Assembly (NCBI GenBank): GCA_023818895.1
Contig: JAMWCX010000002.1
Span: 120,001-152,000 of the forward strand
DNA: 32,000 nt
Reading direction: 5' to 3'
Origin: Candidatus Omnitrophota bacterium
GTDB taxonomy: Bacteria; Omnitrophota; Gorgyraeia; 2-01-FULL-45-10
Under the pieces are notes generated by a model. That model was not told where the DNA came from and searched no databases. It saw only the letters and a program-made list of their open reading frames with translations. This document shows positions 18,320-26,211 of the stretch, piece by piece; position 1 is the first letter of the stretch, and the number at the start of each line of letters is the position of its first letter. A program made the position numbers and the translations under genes.

Positions 18320-19527
18320 TGCAATTCTTTCGCTGACCTTATGATCTTTTCGGCTGTCTTTTTTCCTATACCGTCAAGCGTGGCAAGATCATCGGCTGTT
18401 AGCGTCTTTATCTTCTCTACCGAATCATAACCGGCAGCGATCAACACCTTCTCAACCTTAGGTCCTACCCCATCGAGATCCGTAAGCTTGATCTTCCTAC
18501 CGGCGCTCTCCGTCTTTTCAGTCACCTCTTCACCCGCCGCGACAGCCTGAGGGACCTCTTCCGCCGGTTTTGCCTCCGTAGCTTCCTTCGCCTTTTCTCC
18601 CTTACCACGTATATCCATTTCCCATCCTATAAGCTTGGAAGCCAGCCGTATGTTTTGACCATGCTTACCTATTCCTATAGAAAGTTGATCATCCGGCACC
18701 ACAACCTCTATTTTTTTCGCCTCTTTATCTATCCTTATTTCACTTATCTCGACAGGAGAAAGGGCGGCCTTTACGTATTCCCTTATATCATCCGACCAAC
18801 GAATTATATCAACTCGCTCCCCTTGCAGTTCCCTTACTATATCCTTGACACGTTGACCTCTCATGCCAACGCAGGCGCCAACAGCGTCAACTTTCTCATC
18901 CTTAGACCAAACGGCGATCTTCGTTCTTTCGCCCGCTTCCCGCGATATGGCCTTCACCTCAACAATCCCTTCAGCTATTTCAGGCACCTCTATCTCAAAA
19001 AGCTTCTTTACAAAAGCGGCATCTGACCTAGAAAGAATCACTTGGGGGCCGTGTGTGGTCTTGCTGACTTCGAGTATGTAGGCGCGGATCCTATCACCCT
19101 GTTTGTAGTGATCCTTGGGCGACTGTTGAGATCTCGGCATGATGGCCTCCGTCTTTCCGAGATCTACTATTATGTCGCCTTTCTCAAAACGGTGCACCAA
19201 TCCGCTTGTTATTGTGCCAATACGTTTCTGATAATCGTCAAATACTATATCCCGCTCCGCTTCACGAATCTTCTGGATTATAACCTGCTTGGCGGTCTGC
19301 GCAGCGATCCTCCCAAACTCCTTTGACTTTATCTCCTTGCCCTCACTCATTATCTTTATCTCGCCCGTAGAGCGGTCGATTACAGCCGTCACCTCTATCT
19401 CTTTGTTGCCTATTATCTTCTTGGCCGCGCTCGCCAAGGCGGACTCTATCGCCTTGAATAGGAATTCTTTATCTATGCCCTTCTCGCGCTCTATATGCTC
19501 CAGCACTGACAACAACTCTTCGTTCAT
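18316..19527 (-). CDS. nusA: transcription termination/antitermination factor NusA
   Basis: 403 aa with the NusA N-terminal domain, an S1 domain, two KH domains (..GACVGMRGQRVKDIVREL.., ..IGKHGQNIRLASKL..) and C-terminal helix-hairpin-helix repeats (LDGVGPKVEKVL, LDGIGKKTAEKI). Confidence 0.96.
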   Translation of the reverse strand: MNEELLSVLEHIEREKGIDKEFLFKAIESALASAAKKIIGNKEIEVTAVIDRSTGEIKIMSEGKEIKSKEFGRIAAQTAKQVIIQKIREAERDIVFDDYQKRIGTITSGLVHRFEKGDIIVDLGKTEAIMPRSQQSPKDHYKQGDRIRAYILEVSKTTHGPQVILSRSDAAFVKKLFEIEVPEIAEGIVEVKAISREAGERTKIAVWSKDEKVDAVGACVGMRGQRVKDIVRELQGERVDIIRWSDDIREYVKAALSPVEISEIRIDKEAKKIEVVVPDDQLSIGIGKHGQNIRLASKLIGWEMDIRGKGEKAKEATEAKPAEEVPQAVAAGEEVTEKTESAGRKIKLTDLDGVGPKVEKVLIAAGYDSVEKIKTLTADDLATLDGIGKKTAEKIIRSAKELQ

Positions 19528-19663
19528 TCTAACACCCCGTTATTTCAAATTTTCATAATCGGCAATACGTAACGAGTGATGAACAATTCTTAAAAATCAT
19601 CCTCTTTTTCGTCTTTTGCCGTTTTATTACCGCCTACTAATTACCAATTACCACTGACGCGTT

Positions 19664-20128
19664 CTAAAACTCTATTTTTAGTCTCGCCATCGCAATCTTT
19701 GCGCGGGGGATTAAAGTGCTTATACCGCCAAACTCGATTACGATCTCATCCCTATTCATACCTATCAACAAGCCTTCATGAGTCTTACGACCATCTATAG
19801 CCTCGTAGGTCGTAAGCTCAAGCATTTTTCCGATCGAACGCTCAAAATCTCTGTCTGTCTTTATAGGCCTGTCTAACCCAGGCGAGGATACCTCAAGGAC
19901 ATAATGCTCCTGTATAATGTCCTCTCTGTCCAAGAGCTCGCTCAGATAATTATTAAGACTTTCGCATTCACTGAGCTTTATGCCGGAAGACGTATCTACA
20001 AGTAGTCTCAAGACCATGCCTGGCTGCTCCCGCCTATAAGTTATATCAACAAGCTCGATCTCGTTAGCTGAAAGATATCCGCTTACTAGCTCTTTCACCT
20101 TCTCTACTATATCCATATGGCCTTCCAT
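19664..20128 (-). CDS. rimP: ribosome maturation factor RimP
   Basis: 154 aa. ...LEVSSPGLDRPIK... is the conserved RimP motif, and the gene lies immediately upstream of nusA. The start is ATG 20128 or ATG 20116; the latter is preceded by GGAAGG. Confidence 0.9.
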   Translation of the reverse strand: MEGHMDIVEKVKELVSGYLSANEIELVDITYRREQPGMVLRLLVDTSSGIKLSECESLNNYLSELLDREDIIQEHYVLEVSSPGLDRPIKTDRDFERSIGKMLELTTYEAIDGRKTHEGLLIGMNRDEIVIEFGGISTLIPRAKIAMARLKIEF

Positions 20129-20145
20129 TTTATCTCAGTTTTGAG

Positions 20146-20175
20146 AAAAAAAAATGGGTTAAAACCTTAACCCAC
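20146..20175 (-). terminator. intrinsic terminator in the rimP-nusA-infB leader, downstream of ribF
   Basis: Minus strand: gTGGGTTAA-ggtt-TTAACCCAt (20175..20154 including the closing G-U pair) followed by nine T (20154..20146). It ends 17 nt before the rimP ATG. Confidence 0.75.
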
Positions 20176-20204
20176 TTTCCCTCCTTTACGAAAAGTATGA
20201 GATA

Positions 20205-20233
20205 TTTATACAATAATATTATAAATATGTCAA
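20205..20233 (-). promoter_or_regulatory. candidate strong sigma70-type promoter for rimP-nusA-infB
   Basis: Minus strand TTGACA (20233..20228, overlapping the ribF TGA stop), a 17-nt spacer, then TATAAA (20210..20205). The surrounding region is AT-rich, so a chance match is possible. Confidence 0.45.
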
Positions 20234-21189
20234 GAAGATTTTATCCTTTTCCTACTGACACTCCGCAACACCTTTCTGGCGGCACGCGAATCTTTCTCTA
20301 TCTGTCGCACGAGGTCTTCCTTGCTGCTGAAAGCCATCTCCTCTCGAAGCTTCTTTATGAAAAATACCTCTATATCCATGCCGTATATCCTTCCCTTAAA
20401 ACCAAATATATGGACCTCGATGGTGGGCTCTTGATCTCTGGGGGCATAAAATGTCGGCCTTGAGCCTATATTTAGAACCCCTTCATACAATTTACCCTTG
20501 AACCGGACTAAGACCGCATAAACACCTCTAGGGGGTATCACCTCATGATGGGGGTTGATATTTGCGGTAGGGTATCCAAGCTCTCTTGCCAGTCGGGCCC
20601 CGCTTACGACGGTTCCAAGTATCGAAACAGGCCTGCCCAACAATCGCGCGGCATTTTTTATATCACCGGAGAGTATAAGAGACCTTATGAGGCTTGAGCT
20701 CACCATTCTACCTGCCACCTTTGCGGGCTTAACAATCTTTACTCTAAAGGAAAATTGGCGAGCAATCTCTTTTAGAACCGCGACTCCTGCCAAGGCGCCT
20801 CTGCCAAAATAAAAATTATCGCCAACATGAACTTCCTTGACGCCTGCCTTCTTAACCAGCACATTCTCCATGAACTCAACGGCGGACATGCCTGAAACAG
20901 CGTCCGTAAAATTCACGATGACAAGGATATCCACGCCGAGAGATCCGATAAGCCTTATCCTGTGGGCCAGAGACATGAGGCTAGGTATATCAACCTCGGT
21001 ATGCAGGACTTTGGCAGGGTGTGGTTCGAAGGTAAAAACAATGCTTTTTGCCTTAAGCTTTTTAGCGGCCTTGACAACACCGCCTATCACCTTAACGTGG
21101 CCGATGTGGACACCGTCAAAAACACCTATAGTAACCACTGAACCAGCGCGTGGTCTTTTCAGGGCATTGAGGCCCTTGATGATATTCAT
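20230..21189 (-). CDS. ribF: bifunctional riboflavin kinase / FMN adenylyltransferase
   Basis: 319 aa. FAD synthetase motif GVFDGVHIGH, then the riboflavin kinase domain (GYPTANI...GVYAV...PTIEVHIF). ATGA overlap with the truB stop. Confidence 0.94.
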   Translation of the reverse strand: MNIIKGLNALKRPRAGSVVTIGVFDGVHIGHVKVIGGVVKAAKKLKAKSIVFTFEPHPAKVLHTEVDIPSLMSLAHRIRLIGSLGVDILVIVNFTDAVSGMSAVEFMENVLVKKAGVKEVHVGDNFYFGRGALAGVAVLKEIARQFSFRVKIVKPAKVAGRMVSSSLIRSLILSGDIKNAARLLGRPVSILGTVVSGARLARELGYPTANINPHHEVIPPRGVYAVLVRFKGKLYEGVLNIGSRPTFYAPRDQEPTIEVHIFGFKGRIYGMDIEVFFIKKLREEMAFSSKEDLVRQIEKDSRAARKVLRSVSRKRIKSS

Positions 21190-21872
21190 GACATAAACAG
21201 CTTCTTGCCTAAAAAAACGATGTCCGCACCTTTAAGCTCATCCATTGAAATCGATTCTTCTATACGGCAATTACCGGATCGGGTTCTGGTCAGCTTGGAA
21301 AGATAGGCGCCGCAGCCGAATTCCTCGCCGATATCTACACAGAGTTGGCGGACATATGTACCTTTGGAGCATACCACACGAAAAGATATCTCTGGCATAG
21401 CTATTCTGGTTATCACAAGCTCTTTTATACGAATCTTTCTTGCCTTAGGATTGGCGCTCAGCCCCTTCCTCGCCAACTCATAGAGTTTTTTACCATTCAT
21501 CTTTATCGCCGAATACATGGGAGGCACCTGTTCTATATCGCCGGTAAACTTTGCGAATACTTTTTCAATATCTTCGCGCCTTAAATCGGGCAACTTACCT
21601 GAGGGCTCCAGTTTCCCCCATGCATCGCCGGTATCAGATCGGGCCCCGAGCGTCATCGTCGCCTCGTACTCTTTCTCCTCATTGCTCAGCGAGTTCGAAT
21701 GTTTAGTGCTTTTGCCGATGAGCATGACAAGCACACCGGTAGCCATCGGATCCAGGGTTCCAGCGTGCCCTACTTTTTTAAAGCCGAAACGCCGCCTCAT
21801 AAAATCAACCACATCATGGCTTGTCATCCCTTGCGGCTTATTTACTATGAGTATGCCGTCCATACCATCCAC
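21186..21872 (-). CDS. truB: tRNA pseudouridine(55) synthase TruB
   Basis: Contains NKPQGMTSHDVV and the catalytic-Asp motif GHAGTLDPMATGVL. The start is GTG 21872 or ATG 21863 (MDGILIVNKP...). At 228 aa it is a short form lacking a long PUA extension. Confidence 0.93.
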   Translation of the reverse strand: MDGMDGILIVNKPQGMTSHDVVDFMRRRFGFKKVGHAGTLDPMATGVLVMLIGKSTKHSNSLSNEEKEYEATMTLGARSDTGDAWGKLEPSGKLPDLRREDIEKVFAKFTGDIEQVPPMYSAIKMNGKKLYELARKGLSANPKARKIRIKELVITRIAMPEISFRVVCSKGTYVRQLCVDIGEEFGCGAYLSKLTRTRSGNCRIEESISMDELKGADIVFLGKKLFMS

Positions 21873-21949
21873 TCGATTCTTTATCTCGTAACCGGGCCAT
21901 CTATTTTTCGACCATTCAACGGTAATGGCGCATTAGCGAAACTGAAAAA

Positions 21950-22915
21950 TTACGCCTTGCCTAAAATCTCCTCAACCTTCGCCAGGACCTTCTGCTCAAC
22001 CTCAGCGAGCGTGCCAGCCACAAGGCAACCCGAAGCCTTCATGTGGCCACCGCCGCCAAAATAGGCCGCTATCTTGTTTGCATCGGCATCGCCCTTAGCG
22101 CGAAAACTCACATTTATCTTGTTGCGGTCCTTAAGGCTTTCCTTAAACAATATCGCGACCTTGACGCCTTCTATCGACCTTGCGTAATTTATAAAACCTT
22201 CGGATTTGGTTATATCCGCGCCGGTATCCTCAAGCATCTTCCGAGTAATCTCCAAATACGCAACCTCCCCTGTCTTATTTACCTTAAGCGTCGATAATAC
22301 CAGCCCCAGAAATTTTATGTCCTCCAGAGTCCTTCTTTCATAAACGCTTTCCGAGACTAAAGCGGGGTCAAGACCATAACCTAAAAGCTCGCCCGCTATC
22401 TCATGGGTCACGGTAGAGGTATTATCGTAGTTGAAGGAGCCCGTATCTGTCAGTATCGCTATGTAAATACATAACGCTATCTCTCTTGTAAGCGGAACTC
22501 CCATTTCCTTAAATAGCCTGTAAACCATCTCTCCTGTCGAGCTGGCGTTGGGGTCTACCCAATTGACGTCCCCAAAGTTCTCATTGGATATATGGTGGTC
22601 TATATTTATTATAAACTTATCTCTCGAGATAAGTTTTTCGACGTTACCTATTCTCTTGAGGGTCGGACAATCAAGTATGAGGGCCGCGTCAAAGACAGGT
22701 CTGACGTCCACATCGTTCGATATTTCAGTTATCTTGGGAAGAAACTTATAATGTTCCGGCACGGCGTCGCTGTTTATGAGAAACACTTCCTTGCCGAGTG
22801 CGATAAGGAGCTCTTTCATAGCAAGCTGGCTACAGAGGGAATCTCCTTCGGGGTTGACGTGGGCGCTGACTAAAAAACGCTTATGTTTCTTTATCGCCGC
22901 TATCACCTTCCGCAT
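21950..22915 (-). CDS. nrnA: DHH/DHHA1 family phosphoesterase (NrnA-like nanoRNase / pAp phosphatase)
   Basis: 321 aa with SAHVNPEGDSLCS (DHH motif I/II region), the NIDHHISN (DHH) motif and the DHHA1 motif GGGGHMKASG. The position between rbfA and truB is common for nrnA-like genes. 35-nt overlap with the rbfA 3' end. Confidence 0.85.
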   Translation of the reverse strand: MRKVIAAIKKHKRFLVSAHVNPEGDSLCSQLAMKELLIALGKEVFLINSDAVPEHYKFLPKITEISNDVDVRPVFDAALILDCPTLKRIGNVEKLISRDKFIINIDHHISNENFGDVNWVDPNASSTGEMVYRLFKEMGVPLTREIALCIYIAILTDTGSFNYDNTSTVTHEIAGELLGYGLDPALVSESVYERRTLEDIKFLGLVLSTLKVNKTGEVAYLEITRKMLEDTGADITKSEGFINYARSIEGVKVAILFKESLKDRNKINVSFRAKGDADANKIAAYFGGGGHMKASGCLVAGTLAEVEQKVLAKVEEILGKA

Positions 22916-23264
22916 AGGGCCTCTCCTTCCTTATCTTATCTAGTATATCATATACGCGCTGTGTCCGCTCCAGTGTTTTATCTATCTTAAATTCTATTTC
23001 GGGCATGAACTTAATCTTAATCCTATCGCCCAAAAGGCTCTTGATGTAGCCTTTGGCGCTCTTCAACCCTTTGAGCGCAAGCTGCTTATCCTTCTCCTCG
23101 CCCAAGACGCTGAAATATATTCTGGCATATCTCAAATCCTTCGTCAGCTCGACTCCGGTTATAGTTATGAAACCAAGCCGCGGATCCTTTATCTCATCGT
23201 GGACTATCTTGGATACTTCTTGTCTGATGGCTTCCCGAACTCTCTCCGGCCTCTGAGTGCTCAT
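22881..23264 (-). CDS. rbfA: ribosome-binding factor A
   Basis: 127 aa. RPERVREAIRQEVSKIVHDEIKDPRLGFITITGVELTKDLRYARIYFSVLG is a clear RbfA family pattern. ATGA overlap with the DUF503 stop. Confidence 0.95.
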   Translation of the reverse strand: MSTQRPERVREAIRQEVSKIVHDEIKDPRLGFITITGVELTKDLRYARIYFSVLGEEKDKQLALKGLKSAKGYIKSLLGDRIKIKFMPEIEFKIDKTLERTQRVYDILDKIRKERPYAEGDSGDKET

Positions 23265-23542
23265 AATATCTCCATTTCATACTCGGTTATATGCGACGAC
23301 GGGTTCTGCCTTATGACATCGAGGACCTTGTCCAGCGCGCTCTGCACCGCCGCCTTATCCGGCCCAACCGTCGCGATGCCTAGGGCCGCCTTCTGCCATT
23401 TGTCGTGGCTGTCCACATCTGAGATGGCGATATTAAACTTGTTTCGAAGGCTGTCCTTCAGAGCTTTTATTACCGACCTTTTGTCTTTGAGGCATCTGGA
23501 GTCTGAGATGAAAAGCTCTACCTTAAGCGCTCCCACCCACAT
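23261..23542 (-). CDS. DUF503 (YlxP-like) protein
   Basis: 93 aa. The N-terminus VGALKVELFISDSRCLKDKRSVIKALKDSLRNKFNIAISDV matches the DUF503 pattern, which is usually found between infB and rbfA. Confidence 0.85.
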   Translation of the reverse strand: MWVGALKVELFISDSRCLKDKRSVIKALKDSLRNKFNIAISDVDSHDKWQKAALGIATVGPDKAAVQSALDKVLDVIRQNPSSHITEYEMEIL

Positions 23543-26168
23543 TTTTTTTCACCAGTTTTCTGACGTACGCCAGCTCATCCCTCTTTGTCCTCAATTTGCC
23601 ATCAAGCTTGTTATAAAGGACTTTCTCAAGTATAACCTTGAAATCCGGCGACGGCTTCAGCCCCATCGCCTTTATGTCATCCCCTCTAATTTTTATGCGA
23701 GTGCCATTATACTTCTGGAAATAGTCCTTTATTCTTGATCTGACGAGCTCCGCTTTTTTGCTTGACCGCATAAGAACGCTTCTAGCCATTATGAATAACG
23801 TCACTTCAAAAGCAAACCCTTCAAGCAACCTATATATCCTGCTGGGCTTAAGCCTTTCACCCGCAGCCAAGGCGCGGGCTATCCTTTCGGAATATCTTTT
23901 GCACGAAACGATCCTTAAGGAATCTGATCCGCGAAAGACGAACCTATTACATATAGCCGAAACCTGATTGTAAGTCAAGCCCTCGAAAAGCGACATTATA
24001 TAGAGGAGCCATCTTTCCACAGACCTCTTCTTAAAACGCGATCGCTCATACCACAGCCAGGCCTCATCGGCAGCGCCGCACAGTTTTATAATATCGCTAT
24101 CCAGCTTTATCGCCGGATGTATGAAACGCAACTCATCTAGTTCCGACATGCGCCGCAGAGCCTTGAGGGGCTCGGCCTCCTTCAATATCAGTATGAGCTC
24201 GTCTCGTATCCTCTGCGGCTCCACCTTGTCGAACATAGACTGTTCAAGAGCGTTCTTTATGAGTTCTTCAGTATGGCCGTCTATCGTGAATCCAAATCGC
24301 GACTCGAATCTTACAGCTCTGAATATTCTGGTCGGATCGTCGATAAAAGAGCCGTCGTGCATGACCTTTATACAACCGTGGGCCAGATCGCGCCTTCCGC
24401 CGAAGAAGTCTATGAGCTGGCCGAAGCTCGCCTTGTTGATGCTGACGGCCATCGCATTTATTGTGAAATCCCTCCGGATAAGATCATCCTTCAGAGAACT
24501 AAACTCAACCGTAGGCAGAGCAGCCGGTTTCTCATATATCTCCTTCCTGGCGGTAGCAAGGTCTATCTTTAATCTGTCTTTTGTCACCAGCGAACACGTG
24601 CCGAACTTTCTGTGGATCACTATCGAGGCGCCGAGCAGCTTCGCAAGCCTGCCACCTAATTCGATGGCATCGCCCTCAACTACTATATCGAGGTCCAAGT
24701 TTTTTACCCCCAATATGAGGTCCCTGACAAGACCGCCCACAACGAATGCGCCGTAACCACACAAGTTGGCCTCTCTACCAATCTTCTTCAAAAGCCTCAA
24801 GATGTCGCCAGGCAGTATAGCCGACATCTTCTTTGAAAGGTTAAGGACAATATCCTTTTTTATCCGATGCGGCTTTAAGAAGAGGCTGTCATGGACATTC
24901 CTCAGAACATCTGTCCTGTTAACTATGCCAACCATCCTGCCTCTGTCCATAACCGGAATAACGCCGACATCTTTTTCGGACATTATCTTATGGATAGCGT
25001 ATAGTGGCGTGTCTGGTCTGACAGTTACCACTCGCCGCGACATGTAGCCCTTCACAGAAGAGTGCCCGAATCCCCTCTTTATCGCCTTGTTCAGACCCAC
25101 AAGGGTTATGATGCCAACGAGGACTCCTTTATCGGTAACGGCCATGCCACCGAGCTTATCCGCTATCAAGGACTCCTTTGCCTGGCTGACCTTCGTATTG
25201 ACGTCAATCGTCTTAGGTTGTGTAGCCATTATGTCAGCTGCCGTGACAGTGACCTTTATAGAGGATTTTAGGGCTGCGATAAGCTCTTTTTTAACAACAG
25301 AGATATCCCTGTCCGGTATCTTTGCCGCGGCCGCACCAGGGTGGCCTCCTCCTCCGAATGTAGACAACACCTTATTAACGTCTATGGAAGCTATCTTGGA
25401 ACGACCTATGATGTCTATTCGTTTGTGAGGAGTCTTAACGAAAACAAAGAGCGCTGCTATATTCTCTATGTCCATGAGCTTATGTATTAGCACCCCGAGC
25501 TCCCCGACATATTCAGCGCTATCGATCTCGATAAAGGTAACATTTACGCCTTTTATCGAGACCTTTTCTGTGGAGTTTATCAGTCTGGTAAGAAATGAGA
25601 GTTCGTTCTCCCCGAGCTCCCTGTTAAGATAGCTGGAAACAGCCGACAGGCTCGCTCCTTGTGATAAGAGAAAACTTACGATATCAACGTCGAGTTTGGT
25701 GGTGGCACGATACGTTAGAGAGCCCGTCTCCTCATATATACCGAGAAGCATTACGGTGGCTTCTAGAGGGGTAAGCTTTATCTTTTTTTTTCTTAATATA
25801 TCCGCCAGGATCGTCACGGTCGCGCCCACATCTTCATATACATCTTGGTCCGCGATTATGTCGCCCTTCATCCGCGGATGGTGATCATAGATATGAATTT
25901 CGACATCTTTGTCGACAAGTTCCGACGCTATGCCTATTCTGTGCTTGTGACGCGTATCCACGAGAATCAGCCTTTTGATGTCGTCAAGCCTACATTCTTT
26001 TTCCCCCTCCACGACAACAATCTCCTTGGCAAGAGTGAGAAAATCCCTAACCGCCTCCTCTTGGGAACCCGGCAACAGAAGCCGCGAATCAGGGTAAAGC
26101 TTCTTGGCTGCCACTAGTGATCCTAGCGCATCAAAATCCGCATTGGTATGCGTAGTTATTAGATCCAT
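23523..26168 (-). CDS. DHH/DHHA1 - CBS pair - class II nucleotidyltransferase fusion (CCA-adding enzyme / poly(A) polymerase family)
   Basis: Residue numbers count from the TTG at 26186. The N-terminus carries THTNADFDALGS, the DHH motif IYDHHP (aa ~101) and the DHHA1 motif GGGGHPGAAAA (aa ~278). Two CBS modules span aa ~315-435. The NTase head has GGLVRDLILG...DLDIVV (aa ~484-503), RRDFTINAMA (aa ~571) and DDPTRIFRAVRF (aa ~616). ATG 26168 (MDLITTHTNADFD) is preferred over TTG 26186. Confidence 0.88.
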   Translation of the reverse strand: MDLITTHTNADFDALGSLVAAKKLYPDSRLLLPGSQEEAVRDFLTLAKEIVVVEGEKECRLDDIKRLILVDTRHKHRIGIASELVDKDVEIHIYDHHPRMKGDIIADQDVYEDVGATVTILADILRKKKIKLTPLEATVMLLGIYEETGSLTYRATTKLDVDIVSFLLSQGASLSAVSSYLNRELGENELSFLTRLINSTEKVSIKGVNVTFIEIDSAEYVGELGVLIHKLMDIENIAALFVFVKTPHKRIDIIGRSKIASIDVNKVLSTFGGGGHPGAAAAKIPDRDISVVKKELIAALKSSIKVTVTAADIMATQPKTIDVNTKVSQAKESLIADKLGGMAVTDKGVLVGIITLVGLNKAIKRGFGHSSVKGYMSRRVVTVRPDTPLYAIHKIMSEKDVGVIPVMDRGRMVGIVNRTDVLRNVHDSLFLKPHRIKKDIVLNLSKKMSAILPGDILRLLKKIGREANLCGYGAFVVGGLVRDLILGVKNLDLDIVVEGDAIELGGRLAKLLGASIVIHRKFGTCSLVTKDRLKIDLATARKEIYEKPAALPTVEFSSLKDDLIRRDFTINAMAVSINKASFGQLIDFFGGRRDLAHGCIKVMHDGSFIDDPTRIFRAVRFESRFGFTIDGHTEELIKNALEQSMFDKVEPQRIRDELILILKEAEPLKALRRMSELDELRFIHPAIKLDSDIIKLCGAADEAWLWYERSRFKKRSVERWLLYIMSLFEGLTYNQVSAICNRFVFRGSDSLRIVSCKRYSERIARALAAGERLKPSRIYRLLEGFAFEVTLFIMARSVLMRSSKKAELVRSRIKDYFQKYNGTRIKIRGDDIKAMGLKPSPDFKVILEKVLYNKLDGKLRTKRDELAYVRKLVKKNVGGSA

Positions 26169-26180
26169 CGTTCTGCTCGA

Positions 26181-26208
26181 AGTCAAGAGTCGGCGCCGAT
26201 TCTTGACT
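26181..26208. repeat. 28-nt near-perfect palindrome between the small basic ORF and the DHH-CBS-NTase gene
   Basis: The plus strand reads AGTCAAGAGTCGGCGCCGATTCTTGACT. 13 of 14 positions are self-complementary; the exception is a G-T pair on the plus strand and an A-C pair on the minus strand. No flanking T-run on either strand. Confidence 0.8.
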
Positions 26209-26211
26209 ATA

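Noticed and set aside
15950-18344. Plus-strand ORFs antisense to infB (15950..16573, 17054..17623, 17493..18107, 18135..18344)
   Set aside because: These are shadow frames of IF-2. The 17493..18107 and 18135..18344 products are G/S/A/F low-complexity mirror images of the K/P/A/E-rich IF-2 N-terminus.
21873-21949. Possible terminator or regulatory hairpin in the nrnA-truB spacer (CCATT-accgttg-AATGG)
   Set aside because: It has only a 5-bp stem with a 7-nt loop and is followed by an A-rich rather than U-rich tract. It is too weak to call.
24121-24756. 211-aa plus-strand ORF antisense to the DHH-CBS-NTase gene
   Set aside because: It lies opposite the conserved nucleotidyltransferase core motifs (RRDFTINAMA, DDPTRIFRAVRF). 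The product is S/R-rich with no domain features.
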